NCBI GenBank assembly: GCA_048885925.1
Contig: JBHLLG010000028.1
Coordinates: forward strand, 1-34,521
Source of the DNA: Candidatus Hermodarchaeota archaeon
GTDB taxonomy: Archaea; Asgardarchaeota; Lokiarchaeia; Sigyniarchaeales; SOKP01
Length of the DNA stretch: 34,521 nucleotides
Reading direction: 5' to 3'
The translations under genes and the position numbers were made by a program. Position 1 is the first letter of the stretch; each line of letters begins with the position of its first letter. Below, piece by piece: positions 1-12,056 of this stretch. The notes under the pieces are model-generated. The model had not been told where the DNA came from, ran no database searches, and saw only the letters and a list, made by a program, of their open reading frames with translations.

Positions 1-38
1 TTCTTGATGAGGGGAAGCTTTATTGAAAATAATTCCAT
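1..38 (-). CDS. 5' end of a gene running off the window edge, possibly CofE-like (F420:glutamate ligase family)
   Basis: Minus-strand ATG at 38 reads MELFSIKLPLIK, which resembles the N-terminus of CofE-family proteins. Only 12 codons are visible. An alternative in-frame ATG lies at 80. Confidence 0.3.
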   Translation of the reverse strand, partial: MELFSIKLPLIK

Positions 39-94
39 AGCAGATAATAGAATACTACTTATTTGATATATTTTTTTCATTTTATAGATAAGCA

Positions 95-967
95 ATGAAA
101 AAGATATATACAAAATTATTTGACTTTTTAGAAATCGGTGATGATTTTCCTACTATAATAGTAGGAGTCATTAATCTTAGCCCCGAATCATTTTATAAAG
201 GATCTGTTTATGTGGAACCTGAAAAGATTAGAAATGCTGCTTCTGAAATGATAAGATATGGGGCTCAAATTCTTGATATTGGAGGACGTTCTACAGCTCC
301 TTGGTCTGAAAAAATCACAATTGAGGATGAATTAAATCGAATGAAGATTGCTATGGAAAATGTTTGTAAAATCATTCCAGAGAATATAATAATATCTGTA
401 GATACTCAGTATCGCGAAGTTGCAGAATTTGCATTTGATATTGCTGCTGGATTTAATAGAAAAATTATTATTAATGATGTAAGTTGTTTAAAAACAGATC
501 CAACATTAGCAAATTTTGTTATTGACAAAGATCTTCCTTTAGTAATTATGGCTTCGAAAAAAGTTCCAGGAGATTTATGTACAATAGATGAAATTATTGA
601 AGAATTTAATAATACTATTAAAATTCTGAAGAAAAAGGGGTATAATGAAAATAATATTATTTTAGATCCTGGGATAGGACACTGGATCCAGAAAAAGACT
701 CACGTGTATGATTTAAAAATAATAGCAGACTTGCCAAAATTAAGAGAATTGAACAAACCAATCCTAGTGGCAATTTCAAGAAAATCATTCATTGGAACCA
801 CTTTAAATATCCCCGAACCTGAACAAAGATTAAATGGAACCCTTGCTGCTACTTCGATTGCTATTTATAACGGAGCCCATATTGTTCGAACTCATGATGT
901 TACAAAACAATTGACTGAATTTGTAAAAATATCTGAAGCAATTCGTAGGACTTCCAAAAAAAATTAG
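95..967 (+). CDS. folP: Dihydropteroate synthase (pterin-binding TIM barrel)
   Basis: Motifs GVINLSPESFY, DIGGRSTAP, SVDT, INDVS, DPGIG, SRKSFIG, GAHIVRTHDV. Confidence 0.9.
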   Translation: MKKIYTKLFDFLEIGDDFPTIIVGVINLSPESFYKGSVYVEPEKIRNAASEMIRYGAQILDIGGRSTAPWSEKITIEDELNRMKIAMENVCKIIPENIIISVDTQYREVAEFAFDIAAGFNRKIIINDVSCLKTDPTLANFVIDKDLPLVIMASKKVPGDLCTIDEIIEEFNNTIKILKKKGYNENNIILDPGIGHWIQKKTHVYDLKIIADLPKLRELNKPILVAISRKSFIGTTLNIPEPEQRLNGTLAATSIAIYNGAHIVRTHDVTKQLTEFVKISEAIRRTSKKN

Positions 968-992
968 AATAATTTTCTAATTGAAATTTCTA

Positions 993-1191
993 GCAATTCT
1001 ATAACCATTTATAGAAAATCTCTCATTAGAAATACATTGAACATTCTAACCCCGATAATAGATCGAATAGAACGCTTTAATCGACAGCCATCGTAATATA
1101 TAATAGCACTCAAATTGTTCGAACTAATGATGTTAATAGTCAGTTATTTAAATTTGTAAAAATGGCAGAGGAAATTCATATAAATCAATAA
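993..1191 (+). pseudogene. folP: Degenerate copy of the folP 3' end
   Basis: Reads ITIYRKSLIRNTLNI/(frameshift)/NPDNRSNRTL*STAIVIYNSTQIVRTNDVNSQLFKFVKMAEEIHINQ*. This is colinear with FolP VAISRKSFIGTTLNIPEPEQRLNGTLAATSIAIYNGAHIVRTHDV. Internal TAA at 1078-1080. Confidence 0.85.
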
Positions 1192-1236
1192 GTATAAAAC
1201 TATAAATTTTAGAAAACTTAAACCCTCAGACCATGT

Positions 1237-2757
1237 TTAAACGAAATCTACAACATTCACTTCAATTATATCACTATACCAATAAAGTTGACCTTCTAAT
1301 TCTTGGTATATTCCATTTGAAGTTACATTCTCTTTCCATTTAGGCCAATTTCGCAATTTAGCATATCTTGAAAAAATTTCACTTGCATAAGCGACTGAAG
1401 AACTATTGGAAAATGCATCAACTTTAGCACATACACGATAATATTTTTTACCTAAAGTGTCTAAGGGCAAGGTAGTCATAGTAAAATTCTCTCTATATAA
1501 ACTAAATTTACTTGAGAGAGATACATTACTGATCGGGGAAAAACTATCTGGGACTGTGGAATTTGACCATTCAAGGACAGTTTCATTGACTTCTAAGCAA
1601 CCAAGTACTTGCCAAGTAAATTTTAGACTTGATCCAATAAGTATTTGATCAGGAGGAGTCTCAACTAAGTTAATGTAAGGTGTTGCAAGTTCTGCGGCAA
1701 CCAGAGCAAGGCGAATATTCTTAGGAACCCAACCATCATTTAAAGTTCCACCTAATTCAATATCTTCACTTTTAGATGAGTGATATGATAGTTCAACAAT
1801 AAATGCAAGTTGCCCACCTGAAAAATATCCATCTGGATCTTGCGTAAAATTTCCCCCATATTCTACATGAGAAGCATAAGCCCAATCTCTCCAACTTCCA
1901 TAAAGAGGTCCAGCATTATAGATTGGATAATTTCCACTTCCAAAAGATCCTGCTTGGTTACTCATTAAATTAGCGACACGGTTATAAGTTGCATGATCAG
2001 GGCTGATTTGAGCTTCCCGAAAGTAAATCCCCCAAGGACAATATATCCCATAAAACCCTTGATGCCAATCGATTGAAATGATAAATTGATGTTCTTCGCT
2101 CAAATCCCGAATGCACTTTGTTTCAATTTCTGAAAAAGGACCATCATGACCTATTTCAGGAGCATAGTCATAATCACGATTCAAGTCAAAGTGACGTCCA
2201 TTGGTCCTACTTGGTGTTGATGCATACCTTCCATCTGGATTTAAACAAGGCACTATATAAATCTCCCTATTATTTACGAGAAAAGTAGCTCGTTCATTTT
2301 TGCCATAGTTATCAAGCAACCAATGCCCATACCAAAAAGCTGTTTCGACAGAAACGATTTCATTACCATGGTGAGAACCTATATATAGAACTTCGGGTTT
2401 ATTAAAACCAGATGACTCATTTGTAATCCGTAAACACCAAATTTCATGACCTTTAACGGTCGGAGAATAACCAAATTTCGTGTTTAATGAAAATAATTCT
2501 GTTTGTTCGGGAAACGTTTCATTCAACTCTTTTAAATCCTTTAAAAGAACCGTGTATTTGTCATGGAAGTAATAGTTCCCCGTAAAATCCTTTAATTTTT
2601 CTGAGATAGGTTCCTTATCTGAAAAGTATAGAAAATAAATGATAAAACCACTTATAATAACACCGGGGATAATGATGAAAATAATCCCTATACGAGCTAA
2701 TCTACCTTTATTAAATTTGTTTTCAAATTTTTTTTTAAAAAAACCCATGAATTCCAA
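1237..2757 (-). CDS. Membrane-anchored M14 zinc carboxypeptidase (carboxypeptidase T-like)
   Basis: N-terminal hydrophobic helix; HxxE motif (SHHGNE), NPDG, RTNGRHFDLNRDY, FSEIET, IDWH and FIVEL; C-terminal beta-rich extension. Confidence 0.85.
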   Translation of the reverse strand: MEFMGFFKKKFENKFNKGRLARIGIIFIIIPGVIISGFIIYFLYFSDKEPISEKLKDFTGNYYFHDKYTVLLKDLKELNETFPEQTELFSLNTKFGYSPTVKGHEIWCLRITNESSGFNKPEVLYIGSHHGNEIVSVETAFWYGHWLLDNYGKNERATFLVNNREIYIVPCLNPDGRYASTPSRTNGRHFDLNRDYDYAPEIGHDGPFSEIETKCIRDLSEEHQFIISIDWHQGFYGIYCPWGIYFREAQISPDHATYNRVANLMSNQAGSFGSGNYPIYNAGPLYGSWRDWAYASHVEYGGNFTQDPDGYFSGGQLAFIVELSYHSSKSEDIELGGTLNDGWVPKNIRLALVAAELATPYINLVETPPDQILIGSSLKFTWQVLGCLEVNETVLEWSNSTVPDSFSPISNVSLSSKFSLYRENFTMTTLPLDTLGKKYYRVCAKVDAFSNSSSVAYASEIFSRYAKLRNWPKWKENVTSNGIYQELEGQLYWYSDIIEVNVVDFV

Positions 2758-2820
2758 TAATCTGTTATGATAACATTGTAAATTAACTTTTACTTTCGAA
2801 GAATGAAAGATTCAAGAAAA

Positions 2821-3093
2821 ATTTAGGAAAAAACTCATGTATATGATTTAAAGAGAATAGGAAATCTACATAAACTTAGAGAATTGAATAAACTAATATT
2901 AGTAGTTAGTTCAAGAAAATTATTTATCGGTACAATGTTAAATATCCCCGATCCCGAAAATAGAGTTAACGGAACACTTTCTGCAACTGCAATTGCTATT
3001 TTTAATGGCGCTCATATAGTTCGAACTCATGATGTGAATAATCAACTTTTGGAGATCGTGAAATCGGTTGAGGAGATTCGTAGAAACAAATGA
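2821..3093 (+). pseudogene. folP: Truncated paralogous copy of the folP 3' third
   Basis: I*EKTHVYDLKRIGNLHKLRELNKLILVVSSRKLFIGTMLNIPDPENRVNGTLSATAIAIFNGAHIVRTHDV aligns to FolP from IQKKTHVYDLK onward. TAG at 2824-2826 sits where FolP has CAG. The N-terminal two-thirds are absent. Confidence 0.9.
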
Positions 3094-3135
3094 AAGTCAA
3101 TTTGATTGATTTGACAATTTCTTCCTCGTTACTAA

Positions 3136-3351
3136 TTATAAAATGTTTTTAGCATCGAATGCAGTAATTGTATCGTTCATTGAAGGCTTTCCATGTTCTA
3201 GGAAACTTTCTTCTTTTAGATTTAATATTGAGTTCAATCGCACTGATTTTTCACCTTGATTACCACTTTCTTGATCTAAATCTTGAAATTTAATAATAAT
3301 CTTCTTTAACTCCTTGTTATATATGTAAATTTCCGCTAAGTCGTCAATCAT
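3136..3351 (-). CDS. Small hypothetical protein
   Basis: 71-aa ORF with AGGTGA ribosome-binding site 6 nt before the ATG; 24 nt downstream of the zinc-finger ORF. Confidence 0.5.
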   Translation of the reverse strand: MIDDLAEIYIYNKELKKIIIKFQDLDQESGNQGEKSVRLNSILNLKEESFLEHGKPSMNDTITAFDAKNIL

Positions 3352-3375
3352 TCGGTATCACCTTTTTTTTCGCTG

Positions 3376-3783
3376 TTAAAACCGGTACATATATTTAAGT
3401 AGTTCTTCATCCAAATCATAGAATTCCTGTGGCGTGATCCCATGCAATAAAGCACAGTGTAATAATTTAATCCTTAATTCTTCTGATAACAATTTTGCTT
3501 TGTTATTTTCAATAACCTTTAAGAAACATTTAAACATCTCATTCACAGGAAAGTTAGGATCTCTAAACATGCCAAAATGACCTCCAAATGCAATTAACAT
3601 ATTTGAGATCAGTTCAATATCTTCCTTAGAAATATTATTATAACAATTAGGGCAAATAACTCCAAAATGAACCCCTTCTTCATAGAGACTGGCACCTTGA
3701 CTAATTTCTTTATGGCAAATACCACATATATAACGTTTTAAGAGGCCTCCAATTCCTTCCTTTAATTCAAGACTACTTATCAT
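3376..3783 (-). CDS. Hypothetical protein with CxxC...CxxC zinc finger
   Basis: CGIC and CPNC pairs followed by a helical region. Confidence 0.7.
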   Translation of the reverse strand: MISSLELKEGIGGLLKRYICGICHKEISQGASLYEEGVHFGVICPNCYNNISKEDIELISNMLIAFGGHFGMFRDPNFPVNEMFKCFLKVIENNKAKLLSEELRIKLLHCALLHGITPQEFYDLDEELLKYMYRF

Positions 3784-4533
3784 TTTGATTCCTTTCTCCT
3801 TTTTCTTATTTTATTAATTATTAATATAACAGAGGTTAATAATTAGTTTATTAGTCTAAACTTTGTATAGACTATTGGATCTTCTATGGACTCAAATTGG
3901 ATCATGCAACAAAAACATAATAAATTAAAGAAAAATAGATGTTAAAATAATTTTCAGGAAACATAAGCATTCAGTTTCTATAAATCTTGAATTGATCTCT
4001 TGATTTCTTCTCGATCTAACTCTAATTTTGTTTTTCCTCCTACATCTGCTTTAGATGGAGATTAAGTCTATATTCCACAACATAAATGCGGGTATAGTAC
4101 GGATTGTTTAAAAAAAGGAATTATACCTTCATTAAGAAAATTAGAGAAGAAGCCTTTCTAGGCTATTTGTAATTTCCTTTTTTATATATTTTATAATAAA
4201 GAGATATCATTTTTCTCTTAAATCAGTAGAAGATTTTCGAGGAATTAACCTCATTTTAATCTTTTTTTATAATTTTCTTCTAAAAGAATGGTGGTCTTTT
4301 GCTGTCAGATCTCTATTTTTTTGAGCCAGATTTCTTAGAGCTTTAAGCCAAAGCTAAAATATTCTGGTCTGGTTTATAATTAGAGAGATTTCATCTTTCT
4401 GAATAACGAAGAAATGCAGATATATTTAAATTCAAGGATTTGCACTAGTTACTTAGTAAATTTGTAAATTATCACATAAAGTCATATTCATCTCGATTAA
4501 TTTACCTTTACAAAAATTTTTTGTCTGAATTCT

Positions 4534-6599
<2,066 letters not shown>

Positions 6600-6637
6600 T
6601 TCAGACTTATTTAATTAATAAAATTTAAAATAAAAAA

Positions 6638-9085
6638 GTGGTCATATTGACTTCAGAGCAAATTGAAGAAATTTTACTATCAAAAGAGATGAAAAGCAAT
6701 TATATTGACTATGCTATGAGTGTAGTCATTGGAAGAGCCATACCAGATGTTCGAGATGGTCTTAAACCAGTACACAGAAGAATCATTTATGCTATGGCAG
6801 AAAGTAATTGGAATTACAATAATGCACACGTCAAAAGTGCTAAAATTGTAGGACAAGTTTTAGGAATGTATCATCCTCATGGTGATATGGCGGTTTATAA
6901 TTCCTTAGTTAGAATGGGACAAGATTTTTCCTTAAGATATCCTTTAATCCACCCACAAGGGAATTTTGGATCTATAGATGGAGATCCCCCCGCAGCATAT
7001 AGATATACTGAAGCGAGATTATCACAAATCTCAAACGAATTAATTGAAGATATCGATAAGGAGACAGTAGATTTTCAACCCAATTTTGATAATAGTACTT
7101 CTGAACCTTTATATCTTCCTGCAAAGCTTCCGAATATTTTATTGAATGGTACTAAAGGAATTGCTGTAGGAATGGCAACTTCTATGGCACCCCATAATTT
7201 AACAGAAGTGTGTAATGGAATTATTGCTACTATAGATGATCCTGATATTTCAATAGAAGAATTAATGGAAATAATAAAAGGCCCTGATTTTCCAACAGGA
7301 GGTATTATTACCGATACTAATGGAATTTATAACGCTTATACTACAGGAAATGGAGCTATTAATCTTAGTGGGAGGATTGAAACTGAGACAAAAACCAAAA
7401 AAACTAGTCTTGTTATTACTGAAATCCCATATTTAATTAATAAAACAGACTTAATTGAATCTATTGCCAAACTAATAAAAGATGGAATACTTAAGGATGT
7501 CAGAGATTTACGTGATGAATCTGATAGAAAAGGAATGCGTATTGTGTTGGATTTATCTCAAAATGCTCAACCAGTTATAATAAAAAACATACTTTTTAAG
7601 AGAACTAGACTTCTAACAACATTTAATATAACTAATTTAGTTTTAGTTAATGAGGGTAGACAACCAAAAATTCTCAATTTAAAAGAAATAATTAATGAAT
7701 ATATTGAACATCGACTAATTATCATTTATAAGAGAACTGATTTTCTTCTCAAGAAGGCAAAAGAGCGTCTTCATAGGGTTGAGGGTCTTTTAATTGCATT
7801 AAAGGATATTGACAGAGTAATAGATATGATTAAAAATTCAAAAGATACAAATGAAGCAAAAATAAAGCTAATAGAAGCATATACATTAAGTGATATCCAG
7901 GTTCAATCTATATTGAGCATGCCTTTATCTCGATTAACAAGTTTAGAACATGAAAAATTAGTAGAAGAACAGAAGTTATTACAAGCCAATATTACAGAAT
8001 ATAATAAAATCTTAAAAGAAAAATCTGTTCGCTTAAACTTGATTAAAAATGATTTAACCGAATTAATCAAAAAGTATGGAGATAAACGAAAGACTGAAAT
8101 TAAAATGGTTGAATATCAGGAAATAAAAGAAATCGAAAAGAAAGATTTGGTAAAAAAAGAAACAACGATAGTAATTTTTACCAAGAATCAATATATCAAG
8201 AGAATCTCATTAGAAGAGTATCAAGCTCAGAGACGTGGCGGTCGTGGAAAAAAAGGTATGACTATACGCGAAGAAGACTTTATTACAGATATTTTTGTTT
8301 GTTCTACTCATGACACAATATTAATATTTACATCAAAAGGAAGAGTTTATTCAATAAATTGTTATGATATTCCACAACAAACACGTACAGCTCGAGGAAA
8401 ACCAATTGTTAATTTTGTACCTTTACAATCAGAGGAAAATATTTCAGCAATGTTACCAATTAACAATTTCAATACTAACGAAATGCTTATTATGACCACA
8501 AAAAAAGGAATTATCAAAAAGACTCCACTTAAGTTGTTTTCAAAATTTAGGAGTACAGGGGTTAGAGCTCAGAGAATTAGACCGGATGATGAATTAATAA
8601 GCGTTAAAAGGCTTTCAGATGAGCTTCAAGATATTTTTATTGCCACTAAATTAGGATATGCTGTAAGATTTGATGAAGTAGAATTAAGAGAGTTAGGACG
8701 CAATTCTATGGGTGTTAAAGGAGCAGAATTGAGAGAAAATGATGAAGTTATTGACTGTCTTCTAGTTTCAGATGATGATATAATATTAACTCTTACACAA
8801 CATGCTTATGGTCAAAGGACATACGTTAAAGAGTACCGAAAGACTGGAAGAGGCGCCAAAGGAGTCCGAAATATCTCTTTGGATAAAGATAAAGATGATA
8901 GAGTGATTGCAGCAAAAATTGCGAAACATATGGATTTATTAATTGGAACAGAACAAGGACAAATGATAAGAGTTCCTGTTGATTCCATTCGAATCACCCA
9001 TAGGACTGCCAAGGGAGTGAAAGTAATAAAACTTTATGAAAATGATTTTGTTGTCGCTATAGGAAAGTGTGAGCAAGAAACTTAA
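6638..9085 (+). CDS. gyrA: DNA gyrase subunit A
   Basis: DVRDGLKPVHRR, YHPHGD, catalytic Tyr in AAYRYTEARL, GPDFPTGG, GyrA-box QRRGGRG and C-terminal pinwheel repeats. Lies 38 nt after gyrB. Start could be GTG 6638 or TTG 6647. Confidence 0.97.
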   Translation: MVILTSEQIEEILLSKEMKSNYIDYAMSVVIGRAIPDVRDGLKPVHRRIIYAMAESNWNYNNAHVKSAKIVGQVLGMYHPHGDMAVYNSLVRMGQDFSLRYPLIHPQGNFGSIDGDPPAAYRYTEARLSQISNELIEDIDKETVDFQPNFDNSTSEPLYLPAKLPNILLNGTKGIAVGMATSMAPHNLTEVCNGIIATIDDPDISIEELMEIIKGPDFPTGGIITDTNGIYNAYTTGNGAINLSGRIETETKTKKTSLVITEIPYLINKTDLIESIAKLIKDGILKDVRDLRDESDRKGMRIVLDLSQNAQPVIIKNILFKRTRLLTTFNITNLVLVNEGRQPKILNLKEIINEYIEHRLIIIYKRTDFLLKKAKERLHRVEGLLIALKDIDRVIDMIKNSKDTNEAKIKLIEAYTLSDIQVQSILSMPLSRLTSLEHEKLVEEQKLLQANITEYNKILKEKSVRLNLIKNDLTELIKKYGDKRKTEIKMVEYQEIKEIEKKDLVKKETTIVIFTKNQYIKRISLEEYQAQRRGGRGKKGMTIREEDFITDIFVCSTHDTILIFTSKGRVYSINCYDIPQQTRTARGKPIVNFVPLQSEENISAMLPINNFNTNEMLIMTTKKGIIKKTPLKLFSKFRSTGVRAQRIRPDDELISVKRLSDELQDIFIATKLGYAVRFDEVELRELGRNSMGVKGAELRENDEVIDCLLVSDDDIILTLTQHAYGQRTYVKEYRKTGRGAKGVRNISLDKDKDDRVIAAKIAKHMDLLIGTEQGQMIRVPVDSIRITHRTAKGVKVIKLYENDFVVAIGKCEQET

Positions 9086-9087
9086 GA

Positions 9088-9453
9088 TCAATTATTATTA
9101 TTCTTAAAATATGGAATAAGACAAAGAAATACTAAATTAGCTTTACCTATATTATCTATTCCATGTTTTTCATTAGGGGGAATATAAACAAAATCTCCTT
9201 CAGATGCCATTTCAACTTCTTCTTTATCGTTATAGAATTTTCCTTTCCCTGATAAAATAAAAATTTCATGGTCTTCAGCATGATTATGCAATGGGACTTT
9301 TTGACCTGGTTTAACTTCAATTCTTCTCATTGCAAAATTATTTGCACCAACTTTTTCATCAATTAGCCACCTTATATTAATACCATCTACTTTGGTTCCA
9401 TCTGCTAAAAAAGCTTCCTGTTCCTCAACTTCCTTATAATTCTTTTTTAACAT
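9088..9453 (-). CDS. Cupin-domain protein
   Basis: Cupin motifs PLHNHAEDHEIFILSGKG and GDFVYIPPNEKHG. Confidence 0.9.
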   Translation of the reverse strand: MLKKNYKEVEEQEAFLADGTKVDGINIRWLIDEKVGANNFAMRRIEVKPGQKVPLHNHAEDHEIFILSGKGKFYNDKEEVEMASEGDFVYIPPNEKHGIDNIGKANLVFLCLIPYFKNNNN

Positions 9454-9577
9454 AAGAAAAAAAAAAATCTTAGTCTATTAAACTTATATAATAATAAAAA
9501 TAATTATTTAGATGATAATTAAATTAGATATTTGTAAACCAATATAATAAAACAAAATTGTATACAGGCTAGAGCAT

Positions 9578-10501
9578 ATGACAAAACAAATTGCTGTTGG
9601 ATTTGATCATTCTCATAATAATAAGTTAACTATTGAAAATAATGCTTTTACTGATTTTGTTCAATTTTTTTTTGATTCTCACTTTAAATTGGGAAAAATT
9701 GAAGCAGGTTTAACGTATGAAAAATTAAATAAATATGATCTATTTATAATTGGGGTTCCATATCTTGGACCGGACTTTGATCCTGATGAAATTAACGATT
9801 TACTAGAATATGTTAAAAAGGGTGGGAGTATTCTTATAATAAATGATGGTGGTGGCGATTATGAAAATAAGAATAATTTATCAGAATTAAGTAAGAATTT
9901 TGGTATAAGATTTAATTCAGATCGGCTATTTGATAGCAAATTCTTCTCAAAAGAGAATTCTCATCCAATTATTCAAGATTTCAGGAGTCATTTTATTACC
10001 AGAGATATTTCTCAAATTATTCATTCCAATGGCTGTACTTTAACAATTGATAAATCTGTTGAAAATGATACAATTGATGTGATTACTATTGCCTATTCTT
10101 CTGAAAATACCTCCTGGCATAGTTATTTTAATGGAGATGAATGGCAAGACGAATCAAAGCAAAATCTACCAATCATCGCAGCAACTCACTTTAATTTAGG
10201 TAAAGTGATTAGTATAGGAAATTTGTCAATATTTTCAAGCTTAAATAAATCATATGGGATATTAGCAGCTGATAATTTCAAGTTAGTTTCAAATATAATT
10301 TCTTGGTTACTAAACAAAGCTGGTTCAAAAGAGGAACAAGCATTAAAACCCATATTAACATCCGTTGCTATTAACCAAGATCTATTTTATTGGATTAAAG
10401 ATATGATCAATAAAGGAAAATGGAAAAATTTGGATGAACTAATTAATTTAGCTTTAAAAGAAACGAAAAATAGAATTAAAGAGACGGAAAAAAGTGATTA
10501 A
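9578..10501 (+). CDS. GldG/IFT52 (GIFT)-like, glutamine-amidotransferase-like fold protein with C-terminal ribbon-helix-helix-like segment
   Basis: FDHSH...LNKYDLFIIGVP...DEINDLLEYVKKGGSILII.DGGG...NLSELSKNFGIRFNSD...GKVISIGN...DNFKLVSNIISWL; tail TSVAINQDLFYWIKDMINKGKWKNLDELINLALKE. Confidence 0.65.
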   Translation: MTKQIAVGFDHSHNNKLTIENNAFTDFVQFFFDSHFKLGKIEAGLTYEKLNKYDLFIIGVPYLGPDFDPDEINDLLEYVKKGGSILIINDGGGDYENKNNLSELSKNFGIRFNSDRLFDSKFFSKENSHPIIQDFRSHFITRDISQIIHSNGCTLTIDKSVENDTIDVITIAYSSENTSWHSYFNGDEWQDESKQNLPIIAATHFNLGKVISIGNLSIFSSLNKSYGILAADNFKLVSNIISWLLNKAGSKEEQALKPILTSVAINQDLFYWIKDMINKGKWKNLDELINLALKETKNRIKETEKSD

Positions 10502-11024
10502 AACAAGTAAAAGCCAACTATTGATCGGGCTGATTGGAGATACACATATACACTCTCAAACATTTGAGGTCTTACATCAAATAATAGATGATTTTAAAGA
10601 AAAACAAATTGATTACTTAATTCATGTAGGAGATTTTACAAGCCATAAAGTATATGAAAAATTTCAAGATATTTTTGGACATGAGAAGGTTATTGGAATT
10701 GTTGGGAATATGGATGATTCAAAAATATCGAAAGAATTACCTGAGAAGGTAGAAATAGATTTATATGGACATAAAACCTTTATAACTCATGGTGCAGGTG
10801 GACCAAACGACATTATCAAGCGCTTAAACAAAAGATTCGACTTATCCAAATACGATATTATAATTTTTGGTCATGCTCACCGACCTTACAATGAAAAATG
10901 GAAAGATGGAAAATTATATATTAGTCCAGGTACGCCAACAGACAAAAAATTTACTAATATTAACTCTTATGGATACTTAAAAATATCTCAAGAAAAAATT
11001 GAACCAAAAATAATTTATTTATAA
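10494..11024 (+). CDS. Metallophosphoesterase, YfcE/MJ0936/Vps29 family
   Basis: GDTH, HVGD, GNMD, THG, FGHAHRP and SPGT motifs; overlaps the upstream gene by 8 nt. Confidence 0.9.
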   Translation: MIKTSKSQLLIGLIGDTHIHSQTFEVLHQIIDDFKEKQIDYLIHVGDFTSHKVYEKFQDIFGHEKVIGIVGNMDDSKISKELPEKVEIDLYGHKTFITHGAGGPNDIIKRLNKRFDLSKYDIIIFGHAHRPYNEKWKDGKLYISPGTPTDKKFTNINSYGYLKISQEKIEPKIIYL

Positions 11025-11289
11025 TATATCAAATGTTCCTCTCTTTTGTATTATTCTCCTTTAGTTCTAAGTCATATGGTGTTATCTTTAGCTAATGATA
11101 AATTGGTTTGCTCAGATAATTTCACTCTGAATATCTTAGATTTCAAAATAAAATATATATAAGTAAATTCTACAATTTCAGAAGCCTTTAAAAATATAAA
11201 TAATTAAATTAAACTCAGAAATAACTAAAAATTAATTTCGAAAATTCCAGAAATTCAATTGTAAATCGAAAATAAATTAGGTGAAATAA

Positions 11290-12003
11290 ATTAGAGAGAA
11301 AGAAAAATATTTTTGGATCATACCTCTAATAGTAGGTATAATTGCTTTGATATCTTTTTTTACTCCCGCAGCTTATTATGATGTCCTTGGACTAAAAGAA
11401 TATTATTGGATGTGGGGATTATATCATGTTGATATTTCCGGTTACGGTACAGAGACATTATTAATGCCTTTTGAATCTCCCGGACGATACATGATTCCAA
11501 TTTTCCTCTCAGGTATTATTAGTGCATTCATAATTTTTCTTTGCTCAATAATATCTATAATTTCAGCAAATAAGGTTAGACTGAATAAAAAAGATCCTAA
11601 AGCCACTAGTAATACATGGATTGGTTTAGGACTTCTATTAATAGTATCATCAATAATTTACATTATCGCTATAAATATCACTATGGGAGATTATATTGAA
11701 TATGTCTTATCACAACTGCCTAATGGTTATATAGCACCCGATTTTTGGGATGTATACAATCCAGGATTTGGTATTATTGGTCCATTTTTAGGAGCTGCAT
11801 TCTCTATTATTGGAGCAATTGCTATTAAAGTAGCCAAGCCAAAAGAAGAAATTAGTTTTCCAGCAGAAAAGAAAGAATTCGTTAAAGAAGCACCAACAGG
11901 TGAATCAATTACTCAATACAAATACTGCCCTGAATGTGGTCAAAAACTACTGTATAGCGAAAGTAAATTTTGTAGTTATTGTGGATTTGAACTTGAATCT
12001 TAA
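11290..12003 (+). CDS. Multi-pass membrane protein with C-terminal double zinc ribbon
   Basis: Several hydrophobic helices and CPECG...CSYCG. The frame is open from ATT at 11290 (AGGTGA 5 nt upstream), which adds a first TM helix missed by the 11347 call. Confidence 0.8.
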   Translation: MREKEKYFWIIPLIVGIIALISFFTPAAYYDVLGLKEYYWMWGLYHVDISGYGTETLLMPFESPGRYMIPIFLSGIISAFIIFLCSIISIISANKVRLNKKDPKATSNTWIGLGLLLIVSSIIYIIAINITMGDYIEYVLSQLPNGYIAPDFWDVYNPGFGIIGPFLGAAFSIIGAIAIKVAKPKEEISFPAEKKEFVKEAPTGESITQYKYCPECGQKLLYSESKFCSYCGFELES

Positions 12004-12056
12004 GATATTGTAAAAAGTAATATATTATTTAATCAATATTGAAGAAAAAAGGTGAC

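Noticed and set aside
3900-4420. Possible decayed minus-strand gene (fragments YTRIYVVEYRLN and PSKADVGGKTKLELDREEIKRSIQDL)
   Set aside because: Protein-like but broken by stops and frameshifts; I cannot assign a family without a translated search.
9085-9088. Near-abutting convergent gene ends (gyrA/cupin; also 16639/16650)
   Set aside because: Common in compact archaeal genomes; no further signal.
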